From an uncultured Halanaerobiales bacterium (GTDB lineage Bacteria > Bacillota > Halanaerobiia > Halanaerobiales > M55B127): a stretch of 51,875 nucleotides of DNA. Shown piece by piece: positions 19,398 to 28,895 of the stretch. The position numbers were made by a program, and so were the translations under genes. The stretch's first letter is position 1. Each line of letters begins with the position of its first letter. Location: NCBI GenBank assembly GCA_964642575.1, contig CAZXRH010000001.1:1-51875 (forward strand), given 5' to 3'. The notes beneath the pieces are model-generated. The model ran no database searches and was not told where the DNA came from. It saw only the letters and a program-made list of their open reading frames with translations.

Positions 19398-20363
19398 ATG
19401 TTTAAATATATTCTAAAACGATTATATCAAATGATAATTGTGCTGTTTGTAGTCTCAATTATTGTTTTTTTTATTATGAGTTTTACCGGTGATCCTGTAT
19501 TAATGCTTGTACCTCCTGATGCAACTCAGGCCCAAATTGATAATGCCCGGGCTGAATTGGGTTTAGATAAACCTTTGATTGTCCAGTATTTTATATTCCT
19601 ACAGAATATCATGCAGGGTGATTTTGGTATTTCTTATGTTTTTGGTCAGTCTGCTTTACAGTTAATTGTAGAAAGGATGCCGGCGACTTTTGAACTGGTC
19701 TTTGTTTCGGTCATCATTTCGATATTAGTTGCCATTCCCTTAGGGGTTTTTGCAGGAGCTTATCCGAATAAAAAAAGCAGTAAAACTATCATGCTCGGTT
19801 CTCTTATGGGAATATCCCTTCCCAATTTCTGGGTAGGTATGATGCTTATTTTTATTTTTGCTGTTCATTTTAGGGTAATGCCGTCTTCTGGACGGGGAGA
19901 TGTGGTTAACTTTTTAGGGATGAGGATTAGTATTTTTACCCCGGATGGGTTTAGACATATTATTTTACCGGCTATTATGCTTTCAGTACAGAGTATGGCC
20001 ATTTTATTACGTCTAACCAGAGCCGGGATGATGGAAGTCATGAAACAGGATTTTATTAAATTTGCAAGATCAAAGGGTGCTTTACAAAAGACAATTCTTT
20101 TTAGGCACGCTTTAAAAAATGCACTTATACCTGTTATTACAGTTTTTGGTATTCAGATTGGTAAAATAATTGCTTTTGCAACCGTTACAGAAACGATTTT
20201 TTCCTGGCCTGGGATGGGTAAACTTCTAATTGATTCTATTAACCGTTCAGACCGGCCGGTAATGGTTGCTTATTTGATGATTGTTTCCTTTATCTTTGTT
20301 CTTTTAAACTTTATTGTAGATATTTTATATTCCAGTATCGATCCACGGATAGATTTGAGGTGA
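19398..20363 (+). CDS. ABC peptide-type transporter permease (DppB/OppB-like)
   Basis: N-terminus MFKYILKRL and C-terminus DPRI, multi-TM. Confidence 0.88.
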   Translation: MFKYILKRLYQMIIVLFVVSIIVFFIMSFTGDPVLMLVPPDATQAQIDNARAELGLDKPLIVQYFIFLQNIMQGDFGISYVFGQSALQLIVERMPATFELVFVSVIISILVAIPLGVFAGAYPNKKSSKTIMLGSLMGISLPNFWVGMMLIFIFAVHFRVMPSSGRGDVVNFLGMRISIFTPDGFRHIILPAIMLSVQSMAILLRLTRAGMMEVMKQDFIKFARSKGALQKTILFRHALKNALIPVITVFGIQIGKIIAFATVTETIFSWPGMGKLLIDSINRSDRPVMVAYLMIVSFIFVLLNFIVDILYSSIDPRIDLR

Positions 20364-20367
20364 AAAA

Positions 20368-21294
20368 GTGGCTAATACTAAATCAACAGCGGTTGAAGTA
20401 AAAATTGAAGAACCCGGTATGATAGAAAGATTCTTAAATTCAGAGTTCTTTTTTAATTATAAAAGAAATATACCAGCTATTTTAGGTACGATTATAATAG
20501 TAGTATTTATTTTGATGACAACGATTGGACCCTTTATAGTAACGCAAAACCCTTATAATTTAAGGGAGATAAGCTTAATGGACGCCTATAAAGCACCAGC
20601 CTGGTCAGAGGGAGGAGAATGGAGATTCCCCCTGGGAACAGATGCTCAAGGCCGAGATATTTTAAGCAGTATTGTTTATGGAAGCAGGATTTCTTTATTT
20701 ATCGGCCTAACCGGTATGATTTTTTCAGCGGTGATAGGTACTGTTTTAGGGTTGGCAGCCGGTTATTATGGTGGTAAAATTGACGCCATTATTATGAGAA
20801 TAGCGGATATCCAGCTTTCCTTTCCCGCTACCCTAATTGCTCTATTTATTATGTCCATTTCGGGACGTGGTATCGGCAATCTTTTAATTGCACTGACCCT
20901 GGTGGGTTGGGTTATCTATGCCAGGACTGTACGGGGAGCTACTCTTTCAGAAAAGAAAAAAGAGTATGTAGAAGCCGGGAAAGTAATAGGTTTGCCTAAT
21001 ATAAAAATAATTATTAAACATATCTTGCCCAATGTGGTTACTTCCCTGATTGTTATTGCTACTATTCAGGTGGGGACCTTTATTTTAACAGAAGCTACTT
21101 TAAGTTTTCTGGGGGTAGGAGTTCCGGTAACTAGACCTTCCCTGGGACTTTTAGTTAAAAATGGTTATGATGTATTATTTAGCGGCCTGTGGTGGGCTTC
21201 GACATTTCCCGGTCTATTTATCATGCTTTTAGTTTTTGGAATTAATATGTTAGGTGATTTTCTAAGAGATGAGTTAAACCCGAGGTTGAAATAG
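20368..21294 (+). CDS. ABC peptide-type transporter permease (DppC/OppC-like)
   Basis: Motifs PLGTDAQGRDILSSIVYGSR and EATLSFLGVGVP. GTG follows GAGGTGA. Confidence 0.88.
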   Translation: MANTKSTAVEVKIEEPGMIERFLNSEFFFNYKRNIPAILGTIIIVVFILMTTIGPFIVTQNPYNLREISLMDAYKAPAWSEGGEWRFPLGTDAQGRDILSSIVYGSRISLFIGLTGMIFSAVIGTVLGLAAGYYGGKIDAIIMRIADIQLSFPATLIALFIMSISGRGIGNLLIALTLVGWVIYARTVRGATLSEKKKEYVEAGKVIGLPNIKIIIKHILPNVVTSLIVIATIQVGTFILTEATLSFLGVGVPVTRPSLGLLVKNGYDVLFSGLWWASTFPGLFIMLLVFGINMLGDFLRDELNPRLK

Positions 21295-21309
21295 AATGAG
21301 GTGTAAAAG

Positions 21310-22290
21310 ATGGAAGACAAGATATTAGATGTAAATAACTTAAAAACATATTTTCATACTTTTAAAGGTGTAGTCAAAGCTGTTGATGGAGTTAGCTTTG
21401 ATCTTGAAAAAGGTGAAATTTTAGGTATTGTTGGTGAATCTGGTGGTGGTAAATCGGTTACCGGTTTTTCACTTTTAAAATTAATTGAAGAACCAGGCCG
21501 GATTGAAGGTGGTCAGATTCTTTTTAAAGGAGAAGATATTGTAAAAAAGAATGAAAAAGAAATGAAAGATATTAGGGGAAGTGAGATATCAATGATTTTT
21601 CAGGATCCTATGACATCCTTAAACCCCCTTTATAACATAAAACAGCAGATGGAAGAAGTTTTAAAACTGCATACCGAGATGAATGCTAAAGAAAGAAAAG
21701 CAAGGTGTATCCAGCTGCTTAAAGATGTAGGTATTCCACAACCAGCTGAAAGGCTTAATTCCTATCCTCACCAGTTCAGTGGTGGAATGAGACAACGAGT
21801 TATTATAGCAACTGCTTTAGCGGCTGAACCTGAACTGATTATTGCAGATGAACCAACTACTGCTTTAGATGTGACCATTCAAAGTCAAATATTAAAATTA
21901 ATGGAACGTTTAGTAAAAGAAAAACAGACTTCTCTAATCTTAATTACCCATGACCTGGCAGTTGTATCAGAAATGGTGGATCGAGTAATTGTACTCTATT
22001 GTGGTAAAGTATTAGAGTCAGGCACTATTGATGATATTATTTATCAATCAGCTCATCCCTATACCAATGGACTTTTGGGTTCAATACCAAGGCTGCATGA
22101 TAACAAAAAAAGGTTAACTCAGATTCCCGGCATGGTTCCCAATATGTTTGAACTGCCGGTAGGTTGTAACTTTGCTCCGCGCTGTTCATTTGCAAAAGAG
22201 AAGTGTGCAAGTGTAGAACCTGAGATCAGAGAAATTTTTGAAGGGCATCAAGTATCCTGCCATTTTCCCTTAAAGGGGGCAGATAGTTAA
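21310..22290 (+). CDS. ABC peptide-type transporter ATP-binding protein (DppD/OppD-like)
   Basis: Walker A GESGGGKS, signature FSGGMRQR, Walker B IIADEPTT. The C-terminal extension carries four Cys (GCNFAPRCSFAKEKC..VSCH). Confidence 0.92.
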   Translation: MEDKILDVNNLKTYFHTFKGVVKAVDGVSFDLEKGEILGIVGESGGGKSVTGFSLLKLIEEPGRIEGGQILFKGEDIVKKNEKEMKDIRGSEISMIFQDPMTSLNPLYNIKQQMEEVLKLHTEMNAKERKARCIQLLKDVGIPQPAERLNSYPHQFSGGMRQRVIIATALAAEPELIIADEPTTALDVTIQSQILKLMERLVKEKQTSLILITHDLAVVSEMVDRVIVLYCGKVLESGTIDDIIYQSAHPYTNGLLGSIPRLHDNKKRLTQIPGMVPNMFELPVGCNFAPRCSFAKEKCASVEPEIREIFEGHQVSCHFPLKGADS

Positions 22291-23294
22291 TGGAAAACTT
22301 ACTTAAAGTTGAAAATCTGGTCCAGAAGTTTGATTTAAACACCGATTTTTTAGATAAATTTAAATTTAAAAACGGTAAAATAACGATTGAAAAGAAACTG
22401 GTCAATGCAGTAAATGATGTGAGCTTTGAAATTAAAAAAGGTGAAGTTTTTGGACTGGTCGGTGAAAGTGGTTGTGGTAAGTCAACTACTGCCAAAACAG
22501 TCATTAAAATCTATGATCCAAAAGACGGTAAGATTATCTTCAAGGGTGAAGATATCAGTGATTATAACTATAAAGAAATGCTGCCAGTTAGAAAAAACAT
22601 TCAGATGATTTTCCAGGATCCCTATGCTTCCTTAAATCCCAGACAGCGTCTCCAGGATATTATTATGGAACCAATGCTGTTTCATAACCTTGTGGCTGAT
22701 AAAAAGGAAGCTTATGAAAAGATGTTAGATATCATTGAACGGGTTGGCTTACGTAAAGAGCATGCTTACCGTTTTCCCCATCAATTTAGTGGTGGACAAC
22801 GGCAGAGAATTGGAATTGCCCGCGCTTTAGCAGTAGAACCGGAGTTTATTATCGCTGATGAACCGGTTTCAGCCCTGGATGTATCTATACAGGCTCAAAT
22901 CCTTAATATATTGATGGATTTAAAAGAAGAGTTTGGCTTTTCTTATCTGTTTATTGCCCATGACCTTTCGGTGGTCAAACATATCAGTGATCGTTTAGGT
23001 GTCATGTATTTAGGTTATATTGTGGAAAAAGGGGATAAAGCCAAGATATTTGACAACCCCTTACATCCTTATACTAAAGCTTTGTTTTCAGCAGTTCCAA
23101 CCATAGATGAAGCCAAAGTATCAGATCCAATTGAACTAAAAGGTGAAGTACCTAATCCTACACAATTACCGGCAGGTTGCTATTTCCACGGCAGATGTCC
23201 TTACAGTAAAAAGATTTGTAAGGAAGAAAGACCGGCCTTAATTGAAATTGAGGATAACCACCAAGTAGCCTGTCATTTAGTGGATTCTATATAA
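22290..23294 (+). CDS. ABC peptide-type transporter ATP-binding protein (DppF/OppF-like)
   Basis: Walker A GESGCGKS, signature FSGGQRQR, Walker B IIADEPVS. C-terminal GCYFHGRCPYSKKIC..VACH. The start overlaps the upstream stop. Confidence 0.92.
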   Translation: MENLLKVENLVQKFDLNTDFLDKFKFKNGKITIEKKLVNAVNDVSFEIKKGEVFGLVGESGCGKSTTAKTVIKIYDPKDGKIIFKGEDISDYNYKEMLPVRKNIQMIFQDPYASLNPRQRLQDIIMEPMLFHNLVADKKEAYEKMLDIIERVGLRKEHAYRFPHQFSGGQRQRIGIARALAVEPEFIIADEPVSALDVSIQAQILNILMDLKEEFGFSYLFIAHDLSVVKHISDRLGVMYLGYIVEKGDKAKIFDNPLHPYTKALFSAVPTIDEAKVSDPIELKGEVPNPTQLPAGCYFHGRCPYSKKICKEERPALIEIEDNHQVACHLVDSI

Positions 23295-23350
23295 ATAAAA
23301 TAATTATGATATATAAATAGGTATAAACATAAAAAAGTAAAGAGTAGGAA

Positions 23351-24538
23351 GTGGATATATTTATGGATAAATACAAATCAATAATTAATGACAGTATTGA
23401 AAATATTGAAAAAGGCTTAATTGAATTGAGTCAAAAGATACATGCTAATCCAGAACTTTGTTTTGAAGAATATAAAGCGGTAGGATGGTTGATGGAGCTT
23501 GCCGAAACTCATGGGTTTAATATAGAAAATCCAGTGGGTGGATTAGAGACCGCTTTTAAAGCCAGTTATAAAAGCAAAAAAGCAGGTCCAACGGTTGCTT
23601 TTTTAGCAGAATATGATGCCCTACGTGGTAAAGGTCATGCCTGTGGGCATAATATAATAGCCTCTTGTGCAGCTGGGGCCGCCTTAGGTTTAAGTAAAGT
23701 AGTAGATGAAATAGGTGGTGAAGTGATTTTACTGGGTACACCGGCTGAAGAAGGTGGAGGCGGTAAGATCATACTAATTGAAGAAGGAGTATTTAATGAC
23801 ATTGACTTTGCCTTAATGATTCACCCCGGCAGTCAAAATTTGATCGGGCGTGGTGGACTTGCCGCTATGCAGCTTGATATTGAATTTGCAGGAAAAGCAG
23901 CTCATTCCTCTGATCCTGCTAGTGGAATCAATGCACTGACAGCCCTTTTAGAAGTATTTAAAGGTATTGATACTTTACGGAATACTTTTGAAGATGGAAC
24001 AAGAGCAAATGGTATCATAACAGCCGGTGGGGAAGCTTCCAATATTATTCCTGACTTTGCAGCCGGTGAATTTACATTAAGGGCTAAAACCCGCCAAGAC
24101 TTAAAAGAAATGGCTGACCAAATTATTAAATTAACCGGAGCGGCTGAAATAATAATTGGTGCTAAACCTAATGTAAAAAAGAGTATGGTTTATGCGGAAC
24201 GTTATCCTAATTTAACTATGGGAGAACAGTTTAAAGAAAATATGAGTTTGTGGGGTGAAGATTTCAACTATCCTTCCCCTGATATGAAGTTGGGGTCTTC
24301 TGATATTGGTAATGTATCAATGGAACTTCCTACTATCCATTCCTATTTAAAGATAGTAAAACCAGGTGTAAGTGCCCATACTGAAGAATTCGCCGAAGCA
24401 TCAATCTCAAAAAGGGCAGAAGAGGTAATTATAAAAACATCAAAAGGCTTAGCAATGACCGGTTATGATATAATAACTGATGAGAAACTGCAGACTGAAA
24501 TTATCTCAGAGTTTAAAGAAAATGTTAAAGGGGGATAA
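23351..24538 (+). CDS. M20D-family amidohydrolase (aminoacylase / AbgA-B-like)
   Basis: Motifs HACGHN and GTPAEEGGGGK. The start is ambiguous between GTG 23351 and ATG 23363. Confidence 0.82.
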   Translation: MDIFMDKYKSIINDSIENIEKGLIELSQKIHANPELCFEEYKAVGWLMELAETHGFNIENPVGGLETAFKASYKSKKAGPTVAFLAEYDALRGKGHACGHNIIASCAAGAALGLSKVVDEIGGEVILLGTPAEEGGGGKIILIEEGVFNDIDFALMIHPGSQNLIGRGGLAAMQLDIEFAGKAAHSSDPASGINALTALLEVFKGIDTLRNTFEDGTRANGIITAGGEASNIIPDFAAGEFTLRAKTRQDLKEMADQIIKLTGAAEIIIGAKPNVKKSMVYAERYPNLTMGEQFKENMSLWGEDFNYPSPDMKLGSSDIGNVSMELPTIHSYLKIVKPGVSAHTEEFAEASISKRAEEVIIKTSKGLAMTGYDIITDEKLQTEIISEFKENVKGG

Positions 24539-24539
24539 A

Positions 24540-25664
24540 ATGAGTTTTAATTTAGAGAACTATTTATCAGATTTAGAAACGATCGTTAATATTGATAGTG
24601 GTAGCGAAGATATAGAGGGAGTTAATCGAGTAGCTCAATTTTTTAAACCTAAACTAAGCGAGTTAGGCTATCAAGTAAAAACTCATTATGAAGGTAGTGA
24701 AACAGGTGTCAGCCTGGAAGTAACTAACAAACAAGCTCCCTATGACATTATGCTGATTGGCCATATGGATACAGTTTTTCCGAATGGAACTGTAAACGAA
24801 AGGCCTTTCAAAATTGATAAAGGACGGGCTTATGGGCCTGGAGTAATCGATATGAAATCTGGCTTATTATTAATATATTATCTATTAAAGGAATTAAAAG
24901 AAGAAAAAAACGAACAGGCACCTTCTATATGTGCCATTTTCAATGGAGATGAAGAAATTGGTTCTAAAAATTCCAAAACTTTAATTAAAGAAAAAGCAAA
25001 AGATACGAAAATCGCTCTTGTCTTGGAACCTGCTCGTAAAAATGGCGAATGTGTATTAGAAAGAAAAGGAATTTCGGGCTATAACCTTAAGTTTAAAGGT
25101 AGAGCAGCTCATGCCGGTGTTGAACCACAAAAAGGAGCTAGCACTGTAGTGGAATTAGCTAATTGGATTCTTGAATTAGATAAATTAAATGATTATGAAG
25201 CAGGCTTCAGTGTAAATGTGGGGACCATTGAAGGAGGTACAGCTCCTAATGTGATTGCTGAAGAGGCAAAAGCTAAAATAGATGTAAGGTTTATAACCGA
25301 TGAGCAGCTAAATAGTATAGAAGATAAATTAACTGAACTAAATGATAATCCTTTTGTTAAGGGAGTAAAGGCGGAAGTTTTCCACCGTGGAATTCGTCCT
25401 CCCATGCGGCCTACAGAGAAAACTTTGCGGTTGTGGGAAAGGGTAGAAGAGATTGGTCAAAATCTTGGAATTGAGATGAATTGGATTGCGACCGGTGGTG
25501 GTTCTGATGCTAATTTTACTTCTGGAATGGGAGTATCTACCATTGACGGGTTAGGTCCAGCTGGAGGTAATCCACATAGTGTAGATGAATATCTTGATAT
25601 TAGTTCAGTAAAACCGCGCTTTAAGTTATTAAAAGAAGTTATTAAGATAAGTAAAGATTTCTAA
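24540..25664 (+). CDS. M20A-family peptidase, glutamate carboxypeptidase (CPG2)-like
   Basis: Motifs IGHMDTVF, GPGVIDMKSG and NGDEEIGS. ATG 24540 follows GGGGGA, directly after the upstream stop. ORF-track start 24480 lies inside the upstream gene. Confidence 0.82.
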   Translation: MSFNLENYLSDLETIVNIDSGSEDIEGVNRVAQFFKPKLSELGYQVKTHYEGSETGVSLEVTNKQAPYDIMLIGHMDTVFPNGTVNERPFKIDKGRAYGPGVIDMKSGLLLIYYLLKELKEEKNEQAPSICAIFNGDEEIGSKNSKTLIKEKAKDTKIALVLEPARKNGECVLERKGISGYNLKFKGRAAHAGVEPQKGASTVVELANWILELDKLNDYEAGFSVNVGTIEGGTAPNVIAEEAKAKIDVRFITDEQLNSIEDKLTELNDNPFVKGVKAEVFHRGIRPPMRPTEKTLRLWERVEEIGQNLGIEMNWIATGGGSDANFTSGMGVSTIDGLGPAGGNPHSVDEYLDISSVKPRFKLLKEVIKISKDF

Positions 25665-25685
25665 TTAAAATATTTTATGAAAAAA

Positions 25686-25711
25686 GGCCGGTTTTGTTTC
25701 GGCCTTTTTTT
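25686..25711 (+). terminator. intrinsic terminator/attenuator upstream of the CoA-transferase gene
   Basis: GGCCG-gttttgttt-CGGCC followed by TTTTTTT. It sits inside the 5' extension of ORF-track entry 25677. Confidence 0.7.
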
Positions 25712-25733
25712 ATCATCACTGGAGGTGTATAGG

Positions 25734-27230
25734 TTGGAAGATAGGATTAGAGATAAAGAGTTACATAAAAAAGTATGTTCTGCAGAAGAAGCTGCTGAAC
25801 TAATAAAAAATGAGATGGTGGTTGGATGTAGCGGTTTTACACCATCAGGTTATCCAAAGACAGTTCCACAAGCACTGATTAAAAGATTGGGAAAAAACAA
25901 AGAAAATTTCAAAATAGACCTTTTAACCGGAGCTTCAGTAGGCAGAGAGTTAGATGGAGAATTTGCCAAAGCTGGTATTATTAAAAGAAGATATCCTTAT
26001 TATTCAGATAATATAGTAAGAGAAGATATAAATAAGGGTGAAATATTTTATAAAGATGTCCACTTAAGTCACTTTCCTCAGCAAATAAGATATGGCTATT
26101 ATGGTGATATTGATTGTGCAATTATTGAAGCGGCTTCTCTTACAGAAGAAGGTAATATTGTTCCTACCACATCAGTGGGGGCAACTCCGGTATTAGCTTC
26201 TGAGGCCAAAGAGATAATTGTGGAGATTAATACTAATAAACCGCTTGCTCTGGAAGGTATTCATGATATTTATCAACCTTTAGATCCACCCTATCGTAAG
26301 CCAATCCCTTTAAAAAATGTAGAAGATAGAATAGGCAATAGTTATATAGAAATAGATCAAGATAAAATTAAGGCAATAGTATTTACCGACCAACCAGATG
26401 ACCTTAGATTAAAAGTATTGGAGGATGAAGCCTGTACCCGAATCGCTCACCATATCATTAAATTTTTAATAAATGAAGTTAGAGATCATAGATTACCGCA
26501 AGATCTTCTTCCCTTACAGTCTGGAGTTGGACAGGTTGCTAATGCAGTTTTAGCAGGGTTAAAACAATCAAACTTTGAAAATTTAACATTTTATTCAGAG
26601 GTTATTCAGGATTCGGTCTTTGATTTAATTGACAGTAGTAAGATAATCTTTGCCAGTGGAACTTCTATTACTACTTCCAAAAAAGGTTATCAAAGATTTG
26701 TTGATAATATAGATTATTATAAGAAAAAAATTATATTGAGGCCACAGGAAATTAGTAATAACCCAGAAATTATCCGCCGATTGGGTTCAATTGCAATCAA
26801 TACTGCTGTAGAAGTAGATATCTATGGGAATGTCAATTCAACCAATATCATGGGTACTAGAATGATGAATGGGATAGGCGGATCAGGTGACTTTGCACGT
26901 AATGCCTATTTAAGTATTTTTGTGACCTCTTCTACAGCTAAAAATGGTAATATTTCTACTATTGTACCCATGGTTTCACATGTGGACCACACCGAGCATG
27001 ATATAGATGTTATTGTTACTGAAAATGGGATAGCTGATTTAAGAGGTTTAGCTCCCCGGGAAAGGGCAGCTAAAATTATTGAAAATTGTGCTCATCCTGA
27101 TTATAAACACCAACTTAAAGACTATCTAAAAAGGGCGAAGTCTAAAGGTGGACATACACCGCACCTTTTAGATGAAGCTTTGCTCTGGCATCAAAGATAT
27201 ATTAATAACGGTACTATGTTTGATAAATAA
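25734..27230 (+). CDS. acetyl-CoA hydrolase/transferase family protein (succinate/4-hydroxybutyrate CoA-transferase-like)
   Basis: About 498 aa. The motif NGIGGSGDFARNA and the overall pattern fit the family. TTG 25734 lies 8 nt after GGAGG and downstream of the terminator. Confidence 0.8.
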   Translation: MEDRIRDKELHKKVCSAEEAAELIKNEMVVGCSGFTPSGYPKTVPQALIKRLGKNKENFKIDLLTGASVGRELDGEFAKAGIIKRRYPYYSDNIVREDINKGEIFYKDVHLSHFPQQIRYGYYGDIDCAIIEAASLTEEGNIVPTTSVGATPVLASEAKEIIVEINTNKPLALEGIHDIYQPLDPPYRKPIPLKNVEDRIGNSYIEIDQDKIKAIVFTDQPDDLRLKVLEDEACTRIAHHIIKFLINEVRDHRLPQDLLPLQSGVGQVANAVLAGLKQSNFENLTFYSEVIQDSVFDLIDSSKIIFASGTSITTSKKGYQRFVDNIDYYKKKIILRPQEISNNPEIIRRLGSIAINTAVEVDIYGNVNSTNIMGTRMMNGIGGSGDFARNAYLSIFVTSSTAKNGNISTIVPMVSHVDHTEHDIDVIVTENGIADLRGLAPRERAAKIIENCAHPDYKHQLKDYLKRAKSKGGHTPHLLDEALLWHQRYINNGTMFDK

Positions 27231-27242
27231 GTCAAAGGAGCG

Positions 27243-28568
27243 TTGATTAAATTGAAGATGATAGATGAATTAGTCAATTCAATAGAAAAAGAACTAATCG
27301 AGTTAAGAAGAAAGTTTCATAAACACCCTGAAGTAGGCTGGTTGGAATTTTATACTACTGTTGAAATCATTAATTATCTTAAAGATTTAGGTTATGAGAT
27401 AAAAAAGACAGAAGAGTTTTTAAAAAGAGAGGTTAGGCAGGGTTTACCTAGAAAAGAAGAATATGAAAAAAGTTATCAAAGAGCTCTTAACTGGGGAACA
27501 GATCCTGGACTATTGGATGAAATCAAAGATGGGATGACCGGTGCCGCAGCTCTTTTAGATACAAAAAAGCAAGGACCTACTATTGCTTTTAGGTTTGATA
27601 TCGATGCAATTGGTAGTCAAGAAAGCAAAGAAAAAAGCCACAAACCGTTTAAAGAAAATTTTAGTTCTACTAACCCTAATGCAGTTCATAGCTGTGGACA
27701 TGATGGTCATATTGCAATTGGATTAGGTTTAGCTAAAATATTAAAAGAACTAGCAGAACAAGATAAATTAAGTGGGAAAATTATTTTAATTTTCCAGCCA
27801 GCCGAAGAAGGAGTAAGGGGTGGAAAAGCTGTAGCTGAAAGTGATGTTTTAAATAATGTTGATTACTTATTATCCGGCCATATCGGGATGAATATTGATG
27901 ATTCTAACAGTATTATCTGTGGAATAACTGGTTCGCTTTTTACCAAAAAGATTGATATTGAAATTGCTGGTCAACCATCTCATGCAGGTGGTGCGCCTGA
28001 AAAAGGTAGTAATGCCTTATTGGCCGCAAATAATTTCATTACCTCACTTTATTCTTTAAATCAGCATGGTGGTGGGATGACCCGAATCAACGTAGGTAAA
28101 ATGACAGCAGGGACCTACCGGAATTTAATTCCTGCTCAAGCTGAACTTGAAATGGAAATACGGGGTGAAAATGAAGAAGTAATCTCCTATTTAGATAAAA
28201 GGGTAAAAAAAGCGGCTAATGGAATAGAAAGCATTTATGATGTTCAGGTTAAGTTAAAAACGGTTGGAGAAGCAATTTCAGTGGAAAGTGATCAAGAGTT
28301 AATTAATATAGTCAATGAAGCTGCTCAAGATATTGAAGACATTGATAAAATTATAGATAAAAAGAGTCTACAAGGTTCGGAAGATGCTAGCTTTTTAATG
28401 GAAAAGGTAAAAAAACAGGGGGGTAAGTCCTGTTATATCAATTTTGGAACAAATTTAGCAGCTGGTCATCATCAAAATGATTTCGACTTTGACGAACAAG
28501 TATTAACTAGAGCTGTAAAAGTATATTTAAACTGTTTACAACAGTTGGGTAATATTGTAGTTCTTTAG
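27243..28568 (+). CDS. M20D-family amidohydrolase, second copy
   Basis: Motifs HSCGHDGH and QPAEEGVRGGK. The start is ambiguous among TTG 27243, TTG 27252 and ATG 27258; the RBS AGGAG lies at 27236-27240. Confidence 0.82.
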   Translation: MIKLKMIDELVNSIEKELIELRRKFHKHPEVGWLEFYTTVEIINYLKDLGYEIKKTEEFLKREVRQGLPRKEEYEKSYQRALNWGTDPGLLDEIKDGMTGAAALLDTKKQGPTIAFRFDIDAIGSQESKEKSHKPFKENFSSTNPNAVHSCGHDGHIAIGLGLAKILKELAEQDKLSGKIILIFQPAEEGVRGGKAVAESDVLNNVDYLLSGHIGMNIDDSNSIICGITGSLFTKKIDIEIAGQPSHAGGAPEKGSNALLAANNFITSLYSLNQHGGGMTRINVGKMTAGTYRNLIPAQAELEMEIRGENEEVISYLDKRVKKAANGIESIYDVQVKLKTVGEAISVESDQELINIVNEAAQDIEDIDKIIDKKSLQGSEDASFLMEKVKKQGGKSCYINFGTNLAAGHHQNDFDFDEQVLTRAVKVYLNCLQQLGNIVVL

Positions 28569-28635
28569 ATATTAAGCTAAATTTAAACTTATTTGTCAAC
28601 TCGTAGTCAGATATATTTAAATAGAAAATAATTTT

Positions 28636-28677
28636 AAATGCATGTATTCTAGATGAAGGGATACATGCATTTTTTTA
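28636..28677 (+). terminator. intrinsic terminator ending module B
   Basis: AAATGCATGTAT ... ATACATGCATTT stem followed by TTTTTT. Confidence 0.8.
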
Positions 28678-28801
28678 TAAAACATCTAAAATCTTTTATA
28701 TTTACGCGCAAATATTACAGAATTATGAATTATATTTATAATTTAAAAATTCAAACACTCACTAGATATTAAATAATAATAATTAAATCTTTCTTTTCTA
28801 T

Positions 28802-28868
28802 ATGTTAAATGATATAATAATGTTAATAAAACTTAACATATATAATTAAATTATGTTATATAATGTTA
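28802..28868. promoter_or_regulatory. array of five ATGTTA/TAACAT hexamers (candidate XRE operator sites)
   Basis: ATGTTA at 28802, 28820, 28853 and 28863, and an inverted copy TAACAT at 28834. Copies 2 and 3 form ATGTTAA-N6-TTAACAT. The array lies directly upstream of the HTH gene. Confidence 0.45.
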
Positions 28869-28895
28869 AAAATTATTTATATGGAGGTGTTTGTT

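Noticed and set aside
22226-22608. ORFs 22226..22504 (-) and 22426..22608 (+) overlapping the second ATPase gene
   Set aside because: They are alternative-frame or antisense ORFs within a well-supported ABC ATPase (Walker A lies in this stretch) and have no independent signals.
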